A DNA stretch of 63,941 nucleotides, counting the filler, from Bigelowiella natans CCMP2755 (Eukaryota > Protista > Cercozoa), in assembly GCA_000320545.1 (NCBI GenBank). It is 5 parts of 5 records of this genome, joined end to end, with 100 filler letters (N's around TTAATTAATTAA, not from the genome) between each part and the next. Parts side by side here need not be neighbours in the genome. Positions count along the whole stretch, not along the records: positions 43,372 to 62,782 come from ADNK01003557.1; positions 62,883 to 63,941 come from ADNK01001127.1; 3 more parts are not named here. One strand, given 5' to 3'. This document shows positions 51,601 to 62,899 of this stretch, piece by piece (positions within the stretch are counted from its first letter, which is position 1; the number at the start of each line of letters is the position of its first letter). Position numbers and translations under genes: made by a program. Below the pieces are notes generated by a model, which worked only from the letters and a program-made list of their open reading frames with translations, was not told where the DNA came from and made no database searches.

Positions 51601-54600
51601 CGTTTTTGTGTAGATGCACAATGAACTAAATGTTATGAAGATGTAAATGTACACACTGATACTCCCAAAAAACCGTACCAACCTTTTCTTTCTTATTCTC
51701 TTCCTCTATGAGCATCCCTGCAACGCGGACTAGATGCTGTTTGTCCTCAATCACCATCTTTTGGCTCCCGGGTGCCGAAGAAACAGCTGTTCTCAGCATT
51801 CGTTCCGCCAATTTTGTGCACAGAGCAGGATTGCGTACATCCTTGCCAACCTTTACGTCTGCGAACATGCATGTCCAATGGGTGTATCTGTCAACCCAAT
51901 CCGCCAACATCGACTCTAAAAAGTAACGACACCTTTGTAAAGCGTTGAAAAATGGTAAGATTTTAGGCCTTGAGTAGCAATGAACTTCGAGTGTAAATGT
52001 ATTAGAAACAGTTTCTTGAATCGCTCTTTACACAAAGGGTTCATCTCCACAGCCTGCAAGTATACGTGTCAATTACTGCTTGAACCGAAAAAAATATGAT
52101 GACAATTTTTCACAATGATTAACTCTGATAGAAGATCATTTTGTACCTTGCAACAAGGGTAATCAATTTTCTTCCTTGACGTAGTAAACAGCAATAGAGA
52201 TTTGCTGATCTTTAGAATCTGGTGAAATGCTTGCGGTCCAAGGAAATTGGATACGTTGTCGCAAATCTATAAGACAAAAATTTCACCTGGGTTCAACCTC
52301 AACACTAGACACCCTCATAACATTCATCTATTCAAACGAAAAAGGTACCAGTAAGATTCGTTTTTCTTTTTTATCTTTGAGCGAATGGAGAGGATCTCCT
52401 GCTATCAAATGGTGGCTTTTATCGGAACATGTCGTTTTTGCAACCGCCGATAAAACACCCTTTTCATCAGCAATACCGGTAAGGTCCACCTGAAGAAAAA
52501 ATGCCATAACCGTTACGAATACGCTAACAACACCTCGAACGTACATGAATTGTATTCGAATGAAATCTTGCATCCATTTTATGTGCACAGAATAAACCCA
52601 TTACATACACGCGTGCAAACATGCACGGAAAACACAATCATGACCCAATAGATAGCATCTGGCCCGTCGTTGTCATGCCACATGGACCGGGCTACCACCT
52701 CCGCCAAAACAGATTTCCCGCTACCCTTCCCACCTACGATTTGGATCCATTGAGTTGCAAACGTTTTCCTGAAAACAGCATGGTCGTTCTTTATGGAAAG
52801 CCTGCAATTTTCCAAGATTTCACGATACTGCTTCTTCACTACATCTCGTGAGAAGAAAGACCCAGGATCTGGATCTGGGATCCATCCCGTTTTGGGCTCG
52901 ATTTGTTCCAACTCCCTGAACTCGTATGTCACGTTGTGAACTTCATCGTTGTCAGTGGACCGGGGTAGAAGTATCAATTTGTCTACTTCATTCTCAGCTA
53001 AATCTGCCCAAAGGAGCTCCTCTTGTACTTCCTGATTGATGTTTTCTTCCTCGCAGAAGATCCGAAAGTCTCGTTCTACCTTCCACTTTGCATTGTATGT
53101 TGTGTATTGCGCATGCAGAGACTTGAGTTTTTCCTCGAGCTTGGCTGCGATTGATGATGGCTTGGGATGCTCCTCCAGGTAAAAAAGCGCTCGGTTTTTA
53201 CATTGTTGAGCTATCACACGGAGTCTTCGCTTGGCCTGTTCAAAAGCTTCTGATACAGAGTGCCCTTGTAGCAACCGTTGATAAAATATACCCGCAAATA
53301 CCGGGGCACCGTAATCGCTGAGTTCGTCCTTTCCTCGACAAGCTATGACGTGGCTCACTAATCCATCTTCTATGAGTTTTTTGCCTACAATCTCGCTATG
53401 GCATGCCGCTAGATACACAATCTTAGGCCGTCCATTTCGATTCCTTCTGAACATTTCCGCAAGGGCTTTTCCATCAAGGTATTTGCTGGTTTTTCCAATC
53501 GCTGGGCCACCTTCAATGCAGAGACCCTTCTCAGGATCGCCGTGCCCAGAGAAATGGAGACAAAAACAATTCGAGCCGATAGCAGTATCTATTTGCTCCT
53601 CAGTCGCACGGTAAGTCGAATACTGAAATTTGGGAAAAACTCTGATGAGTTCCCGCATCAGCTCATACTCAGTTTGGAAATCCAGTGCCTTATTGTCGGC
53701 CTCGTTTATCGGAGAAGACGATACGTACGCGATGCGGGCTGGGAGCTGCTCGGCCGATACCATTGGTTTTGCGTGTGACGGAGATTTCTAGGGGTTCAGA
53801 GAAACGTGGAAAGAAGGTCGATGTGATACAAGGAGGGAAGCCAAAACAAAGAGAGTCAGAGAGTGTTTAGACATAAACAAAGAGAAAGGGAGCGGGGGGG
53901 GGTGGGGGGTTAAAAGAGATGATCTGGCAGGGAGAATCCACGGAGATGATCATGAAAATTAGAACTAACATTTATGCTCAATTCGTTATGATAACAATAA
54001 ACAGTAACAGTTTTCGTTGGTAGTCATAGTGTTGTTAATTAATTATAATTATAATAATCATAATTTAGAATTTAGAATTGCATGGATGATGCTAAGTGCG
54101 ATTTTCCAATTGCATTTCTAAAATCGTGATGAAGCACAATATGCATTCTATGGAAGAGGGGATTTAGGGTCCAAATGCTTGCGCTTTTCTTGCTCTTACT
54201 TGCGATGAGGGTTCTCTGGTATCTGGTTTTTCGAACATTTTTTTGAGTTTTTTTACAAGAATCTTTAGTTGCATTCGTGGCCCCATCTTCTTGCATTCAA
54301 CCATCTCTTTCACGTCATCCGGGGTCATTTCCAACAGAGCCTCACCTGTGAGGTCGTTGTCCTCTATCATCTGTGGATGCCGCAACATCAGTTAAGTCTC
54401 CGTGTCATCACCGATGACGTGTTGGAATATTTATGTGCAATGAAAACTTGCGTGACTAAACACTCGGGTCTTTGCTAGTGATGTGTGTGACTTTGTCGGA
54501 GGAGGAAGGGGGGGAGATGCGGGTCAATGTTCGAACCTTAATAATGTTTGGCTTTGCTTTGAGAGCACCGGCATTCGCACGGAGCCATTGCACTAGACCC

Positions 54601-54650
54601 TCACCAGAGAAATCCTCAAACTCTTCCCTGGTCAGAGATTTGGAGTCCAT
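48667..54650 (-). CDS. NLR-like protein: SAM - CHAT (caspase-like protease) - STAND NTPase - NB-ARC-like NTPase - 42-aa TPR array; carries an in-frame TAG and one apparent frameshift or micro-intron
   Basis: Phase-consistent exons 54650-54537, 54370-54200, 53787-52645, 52566-52534, 52489-52349, 52266-52147, 52053-51933, 51915-51683, 51450-48667. SAM (VQWL...IEDNDLTGEALLEMT...KMGPRMQL); CHAT (LHFSGHG, VYLAACHS); NTPase 1 (GGKGSGKS, LLICDNV, LFTTSR); NTPase 2 (FVGRE, GHGGIGKSQLA, LLVFDDV, VILTSR); 10 TPR units. Confidence 0.88.
48760..50030 (-). repeat. Ten 126-bp coding repeats (42-aa TPR, YNNIGxVYxxMGKYPEALTEYKKSLAMRLKVYGTEKPHPDVATS)
   Basis: Directly visible near-identical tandem units. Confidence 0.95.
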
Positions 54651-55605
54651 CTGTGTGATGATTTCAATGCACCTGGCCCAGAGTGGAACGAAAGCCTACT
54701 GGCTTTGGTCTTTCTCTCTCTCCCTCCCTCCTCTTGATGCGTGAGAGGGATGCTCTCTAATCGATCTTTCTTGCAATTGTCAATTTTGTCATTTCTAGCT
54801 AAAAAAAATGCCTACAAAATGTTGTCGCAGGATGAATTTCTACTGCATTGATGACCTAAAGGCAACATGGCCGTGAAACTGCAGCGGTGGCAAATTTGAA
54901 TCACGGCAAAGTTGTTTGTGCCGGGTAGTAGCGGGCACATGCGGGTCAATTGGAAAACACCTAAAGGACAACGATGCCATGCAGCAAACGTTGGATTTCA
55001 TTTTGAAAATATCCGATACTAAGATTATCCCATAATAATGCGGCCGTTTTTGTCCTGAACGACATGAGAATAGTGATGTCGCAGTGCATTTTCGGGGTTC
55101 AGGTAACTGTAGGTCTGCAACTGAACGGAGATCGATCATTGTTCCCGTCTCTGCTCATACACTATCGATTTCGATGAATGTCCGGCCCTCGCCAGTGAGG
55201 TTTGGAGATGATGCGCTTCGCGTCGTGATGGCGAGCTAGTTTTCTAGAGGGGGTTGAGGCACCAGACGAGTTTTTTTTTCGTATCATATATAAGTGACCA
55301 CACTGTACCATCGTCGATTCGGCTTTGCGACATATCACGGGATGGCATCTTCCCGCCCAACATCTCCCCGAAGCGAGGTCTCAGGAGAGGTGACTCCGCA
55401 CATTACAGCTGCGTACGGCTTCATCTTTAATTGAATATTTTGCGCTTTTCTAGAAACCATCTCCTCCACGGAGTAAGCAGGAAAAGAAGCTGAAGAGGTC
55501 TTTCACTGTTCAAATCAAGACAACGGGCAATGACGATATTTCTCCACAGGTAGGCTGGTGTTGAAAGTGTTACTGTATTTAGGGATATCTCTCTATTTCT
55601 CTCTC

Positions 55606-55670
<65 letters not shown>

Positions 55671-55700
55671 ATTTTTCATCTAAAATCTAGCGATATTATA

Positions 55701-55731
<31 letters not shown>

Positions 55732-55745
55732 TCTGAACAATATTA

Positions 55746-55792
<47 letters not shown>

Positions 55793-55796
55793 TCTC

Positions 55797-55867
<71 letters not shown>

Positions 55868-55898
55868 TTTTTCACTAAAATCTAGCGATATATATTCT

Positions 55899-55941
<43 letters not shown>

Positions 55942-56000
55942 GTACCATAAATATTCACGAATACCTCCTAATTCCCCCTCAGCGCCAGAGGCGAAGTAGC
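54651..56000. promoter_or_regulatory. Candidate divergent promoter region between the NLR-like and TIR genes
   Basis: Position between two head-to-head start codons only; no motif identified, and extra 5' exons are not excluded. Confidence 0.3.
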
Positions 56001-58147
56001 ATGGCGAGCCTTGTAAGTCAAATTCCTGGGACGCTCCATTTTTCTACCACGCAACACAGCTAACGCAATCCACTCTTTCAGAGAATAAAGCGACGGTCCC
56101 CCAGAGCAGCAAGAAAGCCAGGCGACCGCTTGCATTCACCCACAGCTGCAATCATTCGAAACAGAGCCAGAAATAGCCGCACGGTATGTTTGCACCTCAC
56201 GCACCCCTAGACCCACTTTCCTCGAGCCGCAACCGCTTCTTCTCAATGCAGGATGTGAGCTCGCGCTCTACAAAGGCGTCGGTCATAAAAGTCATGGTTT
56301 CTTATTGTCGGAGAAACAAACCGTTCGTACAAAAACTCGTGGCCTCGCTGGAGAAGCAAGGGTTTGGCGTCTGGGTTGACTGGAAGCGAATACCCGGCGG
56401 GGTCGACTGGTGGAAGGTACGGAGAAGCGACGATGCAATACCGCGTATGCTGTTACTCAGGCTTGTTCTCACATCTTGCTTGCAAGCTATCATATCATGA
56501 TACGAGCCATAGCCAGCACGACTTTCATTGCATCGTGTCCATATCGCCCGCCTTTTGCTGAAAAAACCTCAGGAAATTGAGAAAGGAATCTTAGACTGCA
56601 GCGTGTTTGTATTCTGCTTAAGTCCGGAAGCAATAGAATCAAAGGTACTACTATTTAACGGGATAAGGTGGTGACGATCCTAAAGTTTTTCAACGGCAAA
56701 AGGGGGAACAGACATCTTCTTAAACATTTCCGCCTCCTCCTCCTCCTCCTCCTCTTTTCGTGGACACCATACTGAGCATTTCGGGGGCTCCGACGACCCC
56801 AATTGCAGGTTTGCAATCAGGAGGTAGACTACGCGTTGGAGTGCGGAAAGCGAATCGTGCCTATCGTAGTAAAGGACGGGTTCAAATGGGACAAAGTCAG
56901 GTCAGTCTGCATCCCATTTCCCAGCGACGATTTTTGGTAGATCTAGTTTGGCGAATCATAAATCCCATCATACCCGAAAAGAGCGCCATCAGACTCCTCT
57001 TCCCCCCACAGGGCCGAAATCGCGCGCATCAACTTCATTTTCTTCACTGGCGACAACGAGTATACGGAAAGATACAAGCAGCTCGTCTCTGTCATCAGTA
57101 CGTTAAACCCGTTTGCTTTCCGGCCGCAATACACCCAGAAATCCGTGCCGAACGCCCACTCACGCCACGACGCATTAGCGCGCGCGTGATCGTAATGGTA
57201 CTGATTCTCACTCTGCTGCTGCTGCTATGGCTGCTTTCTCCTCGTCCGTCGTCGTCGTTGTCAGAAATAAACCCCGAGCATGTTTCAACGCACACTGAGC
57301 TGCAACGCCAAGCGATGAATTGGGAGGCCAATGAATGCGCTCCTGGTAAGTGAAGAGCCTGCTGCTGAGTCAGAAAACCGCCCATAAGCATCTTACGAGC
57401 TCCGCCGCGGATTTCAATAGTCCTCTTGTTGATGACGAGTAGTTTTGAGTGCAGCCCTCTCTGACTACATCGCGCCCTGTTTGTCTGTTCTCGATAGAAT
57501 TGCTGCTGCGCGGCGTGGCCCTCGTCCACGCTTCAAACTGGATCTTGGAGGCGCAAACCAACTACACAAACCCTGAGCCAACCGATTTGCAATGCAGGTG
57601 TAACAGCTGTGGGGGTTGGCTCGGAGCGTTGGCGCGCTCGCGATTATCGTCCACCATCCACCCAAAACCGTGCTAATACAAGGGCGCTTCCCTGCTGCTG
57701 TGTTAGGTTCATTATGAACGCTCATTTAGAGGAGGCTATGGCGAGAAGGAAGGTCAGGAAGAACAGCCCACATTCCGCTCGTTTTGACACTTATCCACTG
57801 AGACGACGTGTTTCCCGCAGTCAATGGTGCTGCATCAGCTCATGCATTTTGGCGACCAAAGCCCGGCATTTGGAGAAGCTCTTCCACAGGCGAATGCGAG
57901 AGAATCCAACAGCTCGAGGGGGGCGGGGGGTGTGGACAAAGCAGCTTTAAATGCCACCAACAGCTCTACTAGTCCCCCCCCAGCCGTCACTTCGAGGTCG
58001 GAGAGGTCTGAGAGGAAGAAGCAAGTTGTTTTTGATTTGACAAGCGAAGTCGGCAATAATACGCCGCGGCGGAGTGAAGGAACGGCATCTGATATAAGGA
58101 CGAGTGATATAGCCCTCCAGGTTTCGAGAAGGTTTGTTGCGACGTGA
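56001..58147 (+). CDS. TIR-domain (TIR_2-type) protein, 9 exons
   Basis: Exons 56001-56012, 56252-56416, 56573-56644, 56809-56900, 57012-57097, 57265-57345, 57498-57597, 57707-57752, 57821-58147 splice in phase: VMVSYCRRNKPFVQKL...GFGVWVDWKRIPGGVDWWK|EIEKGILDCSVFVFCLSPEAIESK|VCNQEVDYALECGKRIVPIV...HTELQRQAMNW...LLLRGVALVHASNWI...PEPTDLQCRFI. Confidence 0.9.
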
Positions 58148-58457
58148 GAAGCCCGCTCTTTGAAATCGCAGTCACATTAAAATAATAAAATCCGAATAGT
58201 CTTCGCTATAAATCCATATCGTTGTATTTCCCCTTTCGTTTCTTATCCTTGATTTACCACTTCTTCAACTTATACGTCAATGGGTACGGAATCGATTGGT
58301 AGAATCTTCCTCGCTGTGTCCCCAAATCGCTAGTTCAAATAGTATCCTGCAGCTTTGCACAGCGTGCAGCCAGTTTCAATATCTCCCTCCCTCCCCCCCG
58401 CCCTTACTCCAATCCCCAATCCGATGTAGGCGAAGTCAGGAAGATAGTAAATCTGTG

Positions 58458-59999
58458 ATGTCGGAGAGCACTGAAATACGGAGCAGCGAGGAAACCGCCC
58501 TTCCGAGAGGCTCTTCGCTATTCCAGCTTCGCGGACGTTTGCAGGCCTTCACAAGCACGGAGAGCTACATGCAAAAGCTGCTGGTTTACATAATGCTGCA
58601 CATCCTCGTCGCAATCCTGGTCCCGCTGCTGGCGTGCCAACCCACAACGATCGTCACGACAGTTATCGCAGGATTCTCGCTAGCACTGTCGTCGATTGCT
58701 CTCCTCGAGCTCCTCTTCGAGCTGTTTATCTACCAAGAGGCCTTCATCTGCAGCTCTACATTCGTGGCCGATTTCGTCGTTGTCTCCGCGCGGTTGGTGC
58801 TGGAAGTGCTGTACTTCAGTGGTTGGCAATCGGCGCTGTCGAAGCAGCTTTTTGCCTTCACCCTCCTGCGGTTTTGCCGCGTGTTCGGAATTCTCCATAC
58901 GAAGTACAAGAGCATGCTGGGAGAGAAAAACCAGGACGCCGCCTTACTGGTAGAGACGACTGGGGAGGCGTTTCGGCTTCGCCGGATGATAAGGGACCTG
59001 AAGTACAAGAACAAACAGCTGCAGAAGAAGCTCAAACGCGCGAAGTCGGGGAGGAAGGGAAAGTCGCAGTCCAACATCGTCACGCACCAAGGCACCCTCG
59101 AAGGAAGCATGAAGATAAAATCCCGGGGGCTCATGGGTACATTCTTATGGGCAGAGCGCTTCTTCATCCTTGACCGGCGCTCCCCCGAACACCCGACGCT
59201 CACGTTCTACAAGAGTTCCGCGGATGCGATTGTGAATTCGCAGGGGGAGGCGAAAATCGACTTCGCAACTGTGCAGGGGATCAAAGTTAAGAAGAGCAAC
59301 CGCAAAAAGCTCTTAATCGTCATTTCCCGCCGCGACGACGCGCCATTCGAGATCACCGCGAAAACAGAGGCAGAGGCCTCGGAATGGAGCAAAGCGATGA
59401 GGGAGGTCTTGGACGAAATGCGCCGGAAAGAGGAAGAAACCCACAGCATGGCTGAGAAATCGTACAACATGATCAAAAGCACGCTAGTCCCCGAGGAGGT
59501 GAAGAAGATAAAGGAAAAGAAGGTCATGTCCAAAAAGGAGACGATTTCGATCATTGAAAGCATGCACAGCAAGAATGAGAAAAGACGCGCGGCGCGGGAC
59601 CGAGCTGCGACGTATGCTGCCCCCCCCCTCGAGCGCAAGTCTGAAGAAAAAGACACGCAGGCAACAAGGGGCCGCGCTGCTACGTCCATTAAGCGATCAT
59701 CGACGAAAACCACACCAGCAACCTCGCCGGCAGCAATGATGACCCTTGGAGAATCAGCCGCTTTTAACATTGGAAAGTCAAATACAACAGCGCCGAAGAA
59801 CTCCAACTCCTCGGATCCCATGGGAATGGTAAGTCCGCTAAGGCGATATGTCACGTCGGAGCAGAATCCTACGGTTTCATCATTTCGGGTGTCCTCGGCG
59901 ACAGAGGCAACTTCTTCCTCACGGCTGGCCAACTCGCCGCATGCAAATGCGGCTGCTAAGAACCCTATCAAAGGGAAAAAGATCGATGCTGTGGATTGA
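58458..59999 (+). CDS. Voltage-sensor-like 4-TM domain, coiled coil and PH domain protein (single exon)
   Basis: Four hydrophobic segments with S2 LLELLFELF, S3 VADFVVV and S4 LLRFCRVFGI; heptad region LRRMIRDLKYKNKQLQKKL; PH pattern LEGSMKIK...WAERFFIL...LTFYKS...FEITAKTEAEASEWSKAM. The ORF is open from 58296; first Met at 58458. Confidence 0.75.
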   Translation: MSESTEIRSSEETALPRGSSLFQLRGRLQAFTSTESYMQKLLVYIMLHILVAILVPLLACQPTTIVTTVIAGFSLALSSIALLELLFELFIYQEAFICSSTFVADFVVVSARLVLEVLYFSGWQSALSKQLFAFTLLRFCRVFGILHTKYKSMLGEKNQDAALLVETTGEAFRLRRMIRDLKYKNKQLQKKLKRAKSGRKGKSQSNIVTHQGTLEGSMKIKSRGLMGTFLWAERFFILDRRSPEHPTLTFYKSSADAIVNSQGEAKIDFATVQGIKVKKSNRKKLLIVISRRDDAPFEITAKTEAEASEWSKAMREVLDEMRRKEEETHSMAEKSYNMIKSTLVPEEVKKIKEKKVMSKKETISIIESMHSKNEKRRAARDRAATYAAPPLERKSEEKDTQATRGRAATSIKRSSTKTTPATSPAAMMTLGESAAFNIGKSNTTAPKNSNSSDPMGMVSPLRRYVTSEQNPTVSSFRVSSATEATSSSRLANSPHANAAAKNPIKGKKIDAVD

Positions 60000-61228
60000 T
60001 TGTGAGACTTATAGAAATCGCGAGTTCCTGCTTTAGACCCGGAGTCGTATGACTTTGCGCATGTGTGTGTATTGAATCATGGTTGTGTTTTGGTGGACAA
60101 GATTTCAGACATCATGGTGTGTTGCACACACACACACACACACACACACAAGCACACATGCACAGATGTGTGCGCACATGTGCATCGTTTGAGGCGGATG
60201 CACTGAAGTGAATAAACAGTTTCGATGGTATGGTCATCCCAATGCATGTGGCCATGCAGCTCTCTCATGTGTTTATTAATTTATCTCTGCTTACTGCCAT
60301 GTGATTCATGCATTTGTAAGCGGCAATAGACAATAGTACATATTCTGTACACACTTTAATGTCTCATGTACTCGTCTACCATAGTCGTCACACAAATAGC
60401 ATTTCATGGTGCATGCACAAAGCTCTAGAACTATAGACATTGCATGTGCCGTGTGCTCTATAGCCCTTTCATTAAGGCTACATAGCGCACGCACGTACGA
60501 ACATATGTGTAGTAGTTCTATGCACATGTCGATTTGTTTTTGCACATGTTTCGTACATCATCGCATAATAGACACAGCAATACACTATATATATCATATA
60601 TATTGTGTATTGCATGTCTCGCAGTGTGTTTTAGCTGCACTTGCACTGGCCCGTTATTGGCATCAGCTTGACTAGTTGAAATTGCCAAGATTGCCAGCAC
60701 CCACGACGCTTCTCAACCAACGACAGCATTGTGTGTGCATGTGTGTGTATTAGTGTGTACATGATTGCGCACTCCTACGTAGATGTGCACAATGCACGTG
60801 CATCATTTGACTTCTCACAAATTCTATCTTTAAAATACGACAGGGGTAACATAGCCTGACAATTTCGCAGCACGCATGTCAGATGCCTACATCAATGCGA
60901 GTTGTCATTTTGTCATCTTGTCTTTGAGCGAGGACAGCGTAGTGCATTGTACCAATGGCCTGCAAACTGCACAGTGTTTAGCACCGTTCTCGTCACACAA
61001 CAGATATCAACAAAAGTCGTTGCGTGCCGCTCACAACTAATATCAAGTGTCATCAAATCATTCCATGCCGTTGTGTGCGGCTATGCACGCAAAAAAGTAA
61101 CAGTCTCACCGAGTCATGGAGGAGGCATTTTGCAAAAGCCGTTGTTTCATTTTTCCTTTTTTTTATTTATTTTCTTAACATTTTATTCAGCCATTGAGGC
61201 CATAGCAAACCCCCACGCCTCAAAGCGG

Positions 61229-61974
61229 CTATATGTCAAACAATTCGTCGATTTCCTTGCTGACTCTCTCGTTCTCGTAAAGCCCATCATACCGCGTATC
61301 CCTCGGCGTGTACGAATCCTCCGCGTGCAGTTCTTGGTATGGGGGCGGAATGTCCCTATCCTTGAGCCTCTTCAGCTGTTCTGAAACTCCACCTGTAATT
61401 ATTGGAAAAAAAAAATAACCTTAGACAAAAGAGCTTGTTCTACAGTGAGAACCAACGTTTTGAAGCGTGCTGCAAAACCCAAGGAAACGACGTTTAAGCG
61501 GACAGCCGTGTTATTGACCTGTGATGTTGGATTTCATATCGTACAGCTGCGTGGCGAACTCTACATGTTCCTTTGTGCCACTCAGGTATTTCGGGTCAAA
61601 TACCTGCAGATCAGTGTATAAATATATAATAAATAAATAAATAAATATATAAATAAATAAATATATATAAAAAAATAAATATATGAATATATATATATAT
61701 TTATGTATAAATATCATATGTATACACCACCAACGTTAATGAGTGCTCGCGGTGCATTCAGCCGTGCAATTTATGCGCGGTTGATGATGTTAGAAGAGAA
61801 GATTGCCACTTCTCGTCGTCATCGCCATCATCGCCACCACCGTCCTTCTCATCAAAGCACAAATAAAACAACTGGCTACTGCTATTGCTATTATCCTACA
61901 GGTTCCTCTCCCCTTGCCCTGTCCTCCCTTTCAGCAGCTCTATAGGCCTCGACGTTTGGAAAGAACCCGCTCTG

Positions 61975-62016
<42 letters not shown>

Positions 62017-62690
62017 ACTAATTGGTATTTATGTTTGTGTGTGCTCGCGTTCTTGCTCGTGTTGAAACGTGAAAAACCCTGGGCAAACATTCGCGCTTTT
62101 TGACCGGAAAATTACCACTGAATCCTTGTCTAAACTCTCGGGAGTCTCCTCGTCCGAGACGTCAGGCCTGGTTGTGCATGAACAAAGCAAATGAGCAAAT
62201 TATATATATATATATATCCACTTTACACCTATACACATATATATTCTCAAGATATATGCTATATATATAATTGTAATTGTATTCTTCAATCAACGGAAGG
62301 CGCCGTCGCAATTACGATTACATGTCAGCAAATACTGCCGAAAACTTCGTAGGCGGCAGATATGAGCTAAACGCCCGTCTCCGAAATGCCTGGATCACAT
62401 AGCTCTAACGCCATCGTAAACGCTACTTTCACTACCGACGCCACTACTGCTGCCACCACTACTACAACGCTTATTACTACTGCACTACCCGTTACCACCC
62501 ATTACTACTACTACTACTACTACGAACTACTTCCTCCTCTTGACGACCCCCGTTACCTATAGATCTCTTCAGGAGATATAATATTGCTCGAACAGAGGGG
62601 GCAAGAGAAGAAGTCCTCGTTTCCCTCTGCTACTTCCTGCTCCGGAGGACCTGGGGCCTGAGCGAAACCGCCGCAAACACACGCGTTAGG
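61229..62690 (-). CDS. Probable multi-exon gene of unknown function
   Basis: Phase-consistent terminal exons VFDPKYLSGTKEHVEFATQLYDMKSNIT|GGVSEQLKRLKDRDIPPPY...EIDELFDI*; upstream exon-like EDFFSCPLCSSNII. Confidence 0.4.
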
Positions 62691-62782
62691 AAGAGAGGCG
62701 CGCGATTTTATCCGAGCAGCATGACGATTAGGGTGTGCTCGCCGCTTTAATGAATTGGTTCTATTGCTACAACGACGGCTAC

Positions 62783-62882
62783 NNNNNNNNNNNNNNNNNN
62801 NNNNNNNNNNNNNNNNNNNNNNNNNNTTAATTAATTAANNNNNNNNNNNNNNNNNNNNNNNNNNNNNNNNNNNNNNNNNNNN
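62783..62882. other. Assembly linker, contig junction
   Basis: Same cassette. Confidence 0.98.
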
Positions 62883-62899
62883 CTTCTTTCTGACATCAG

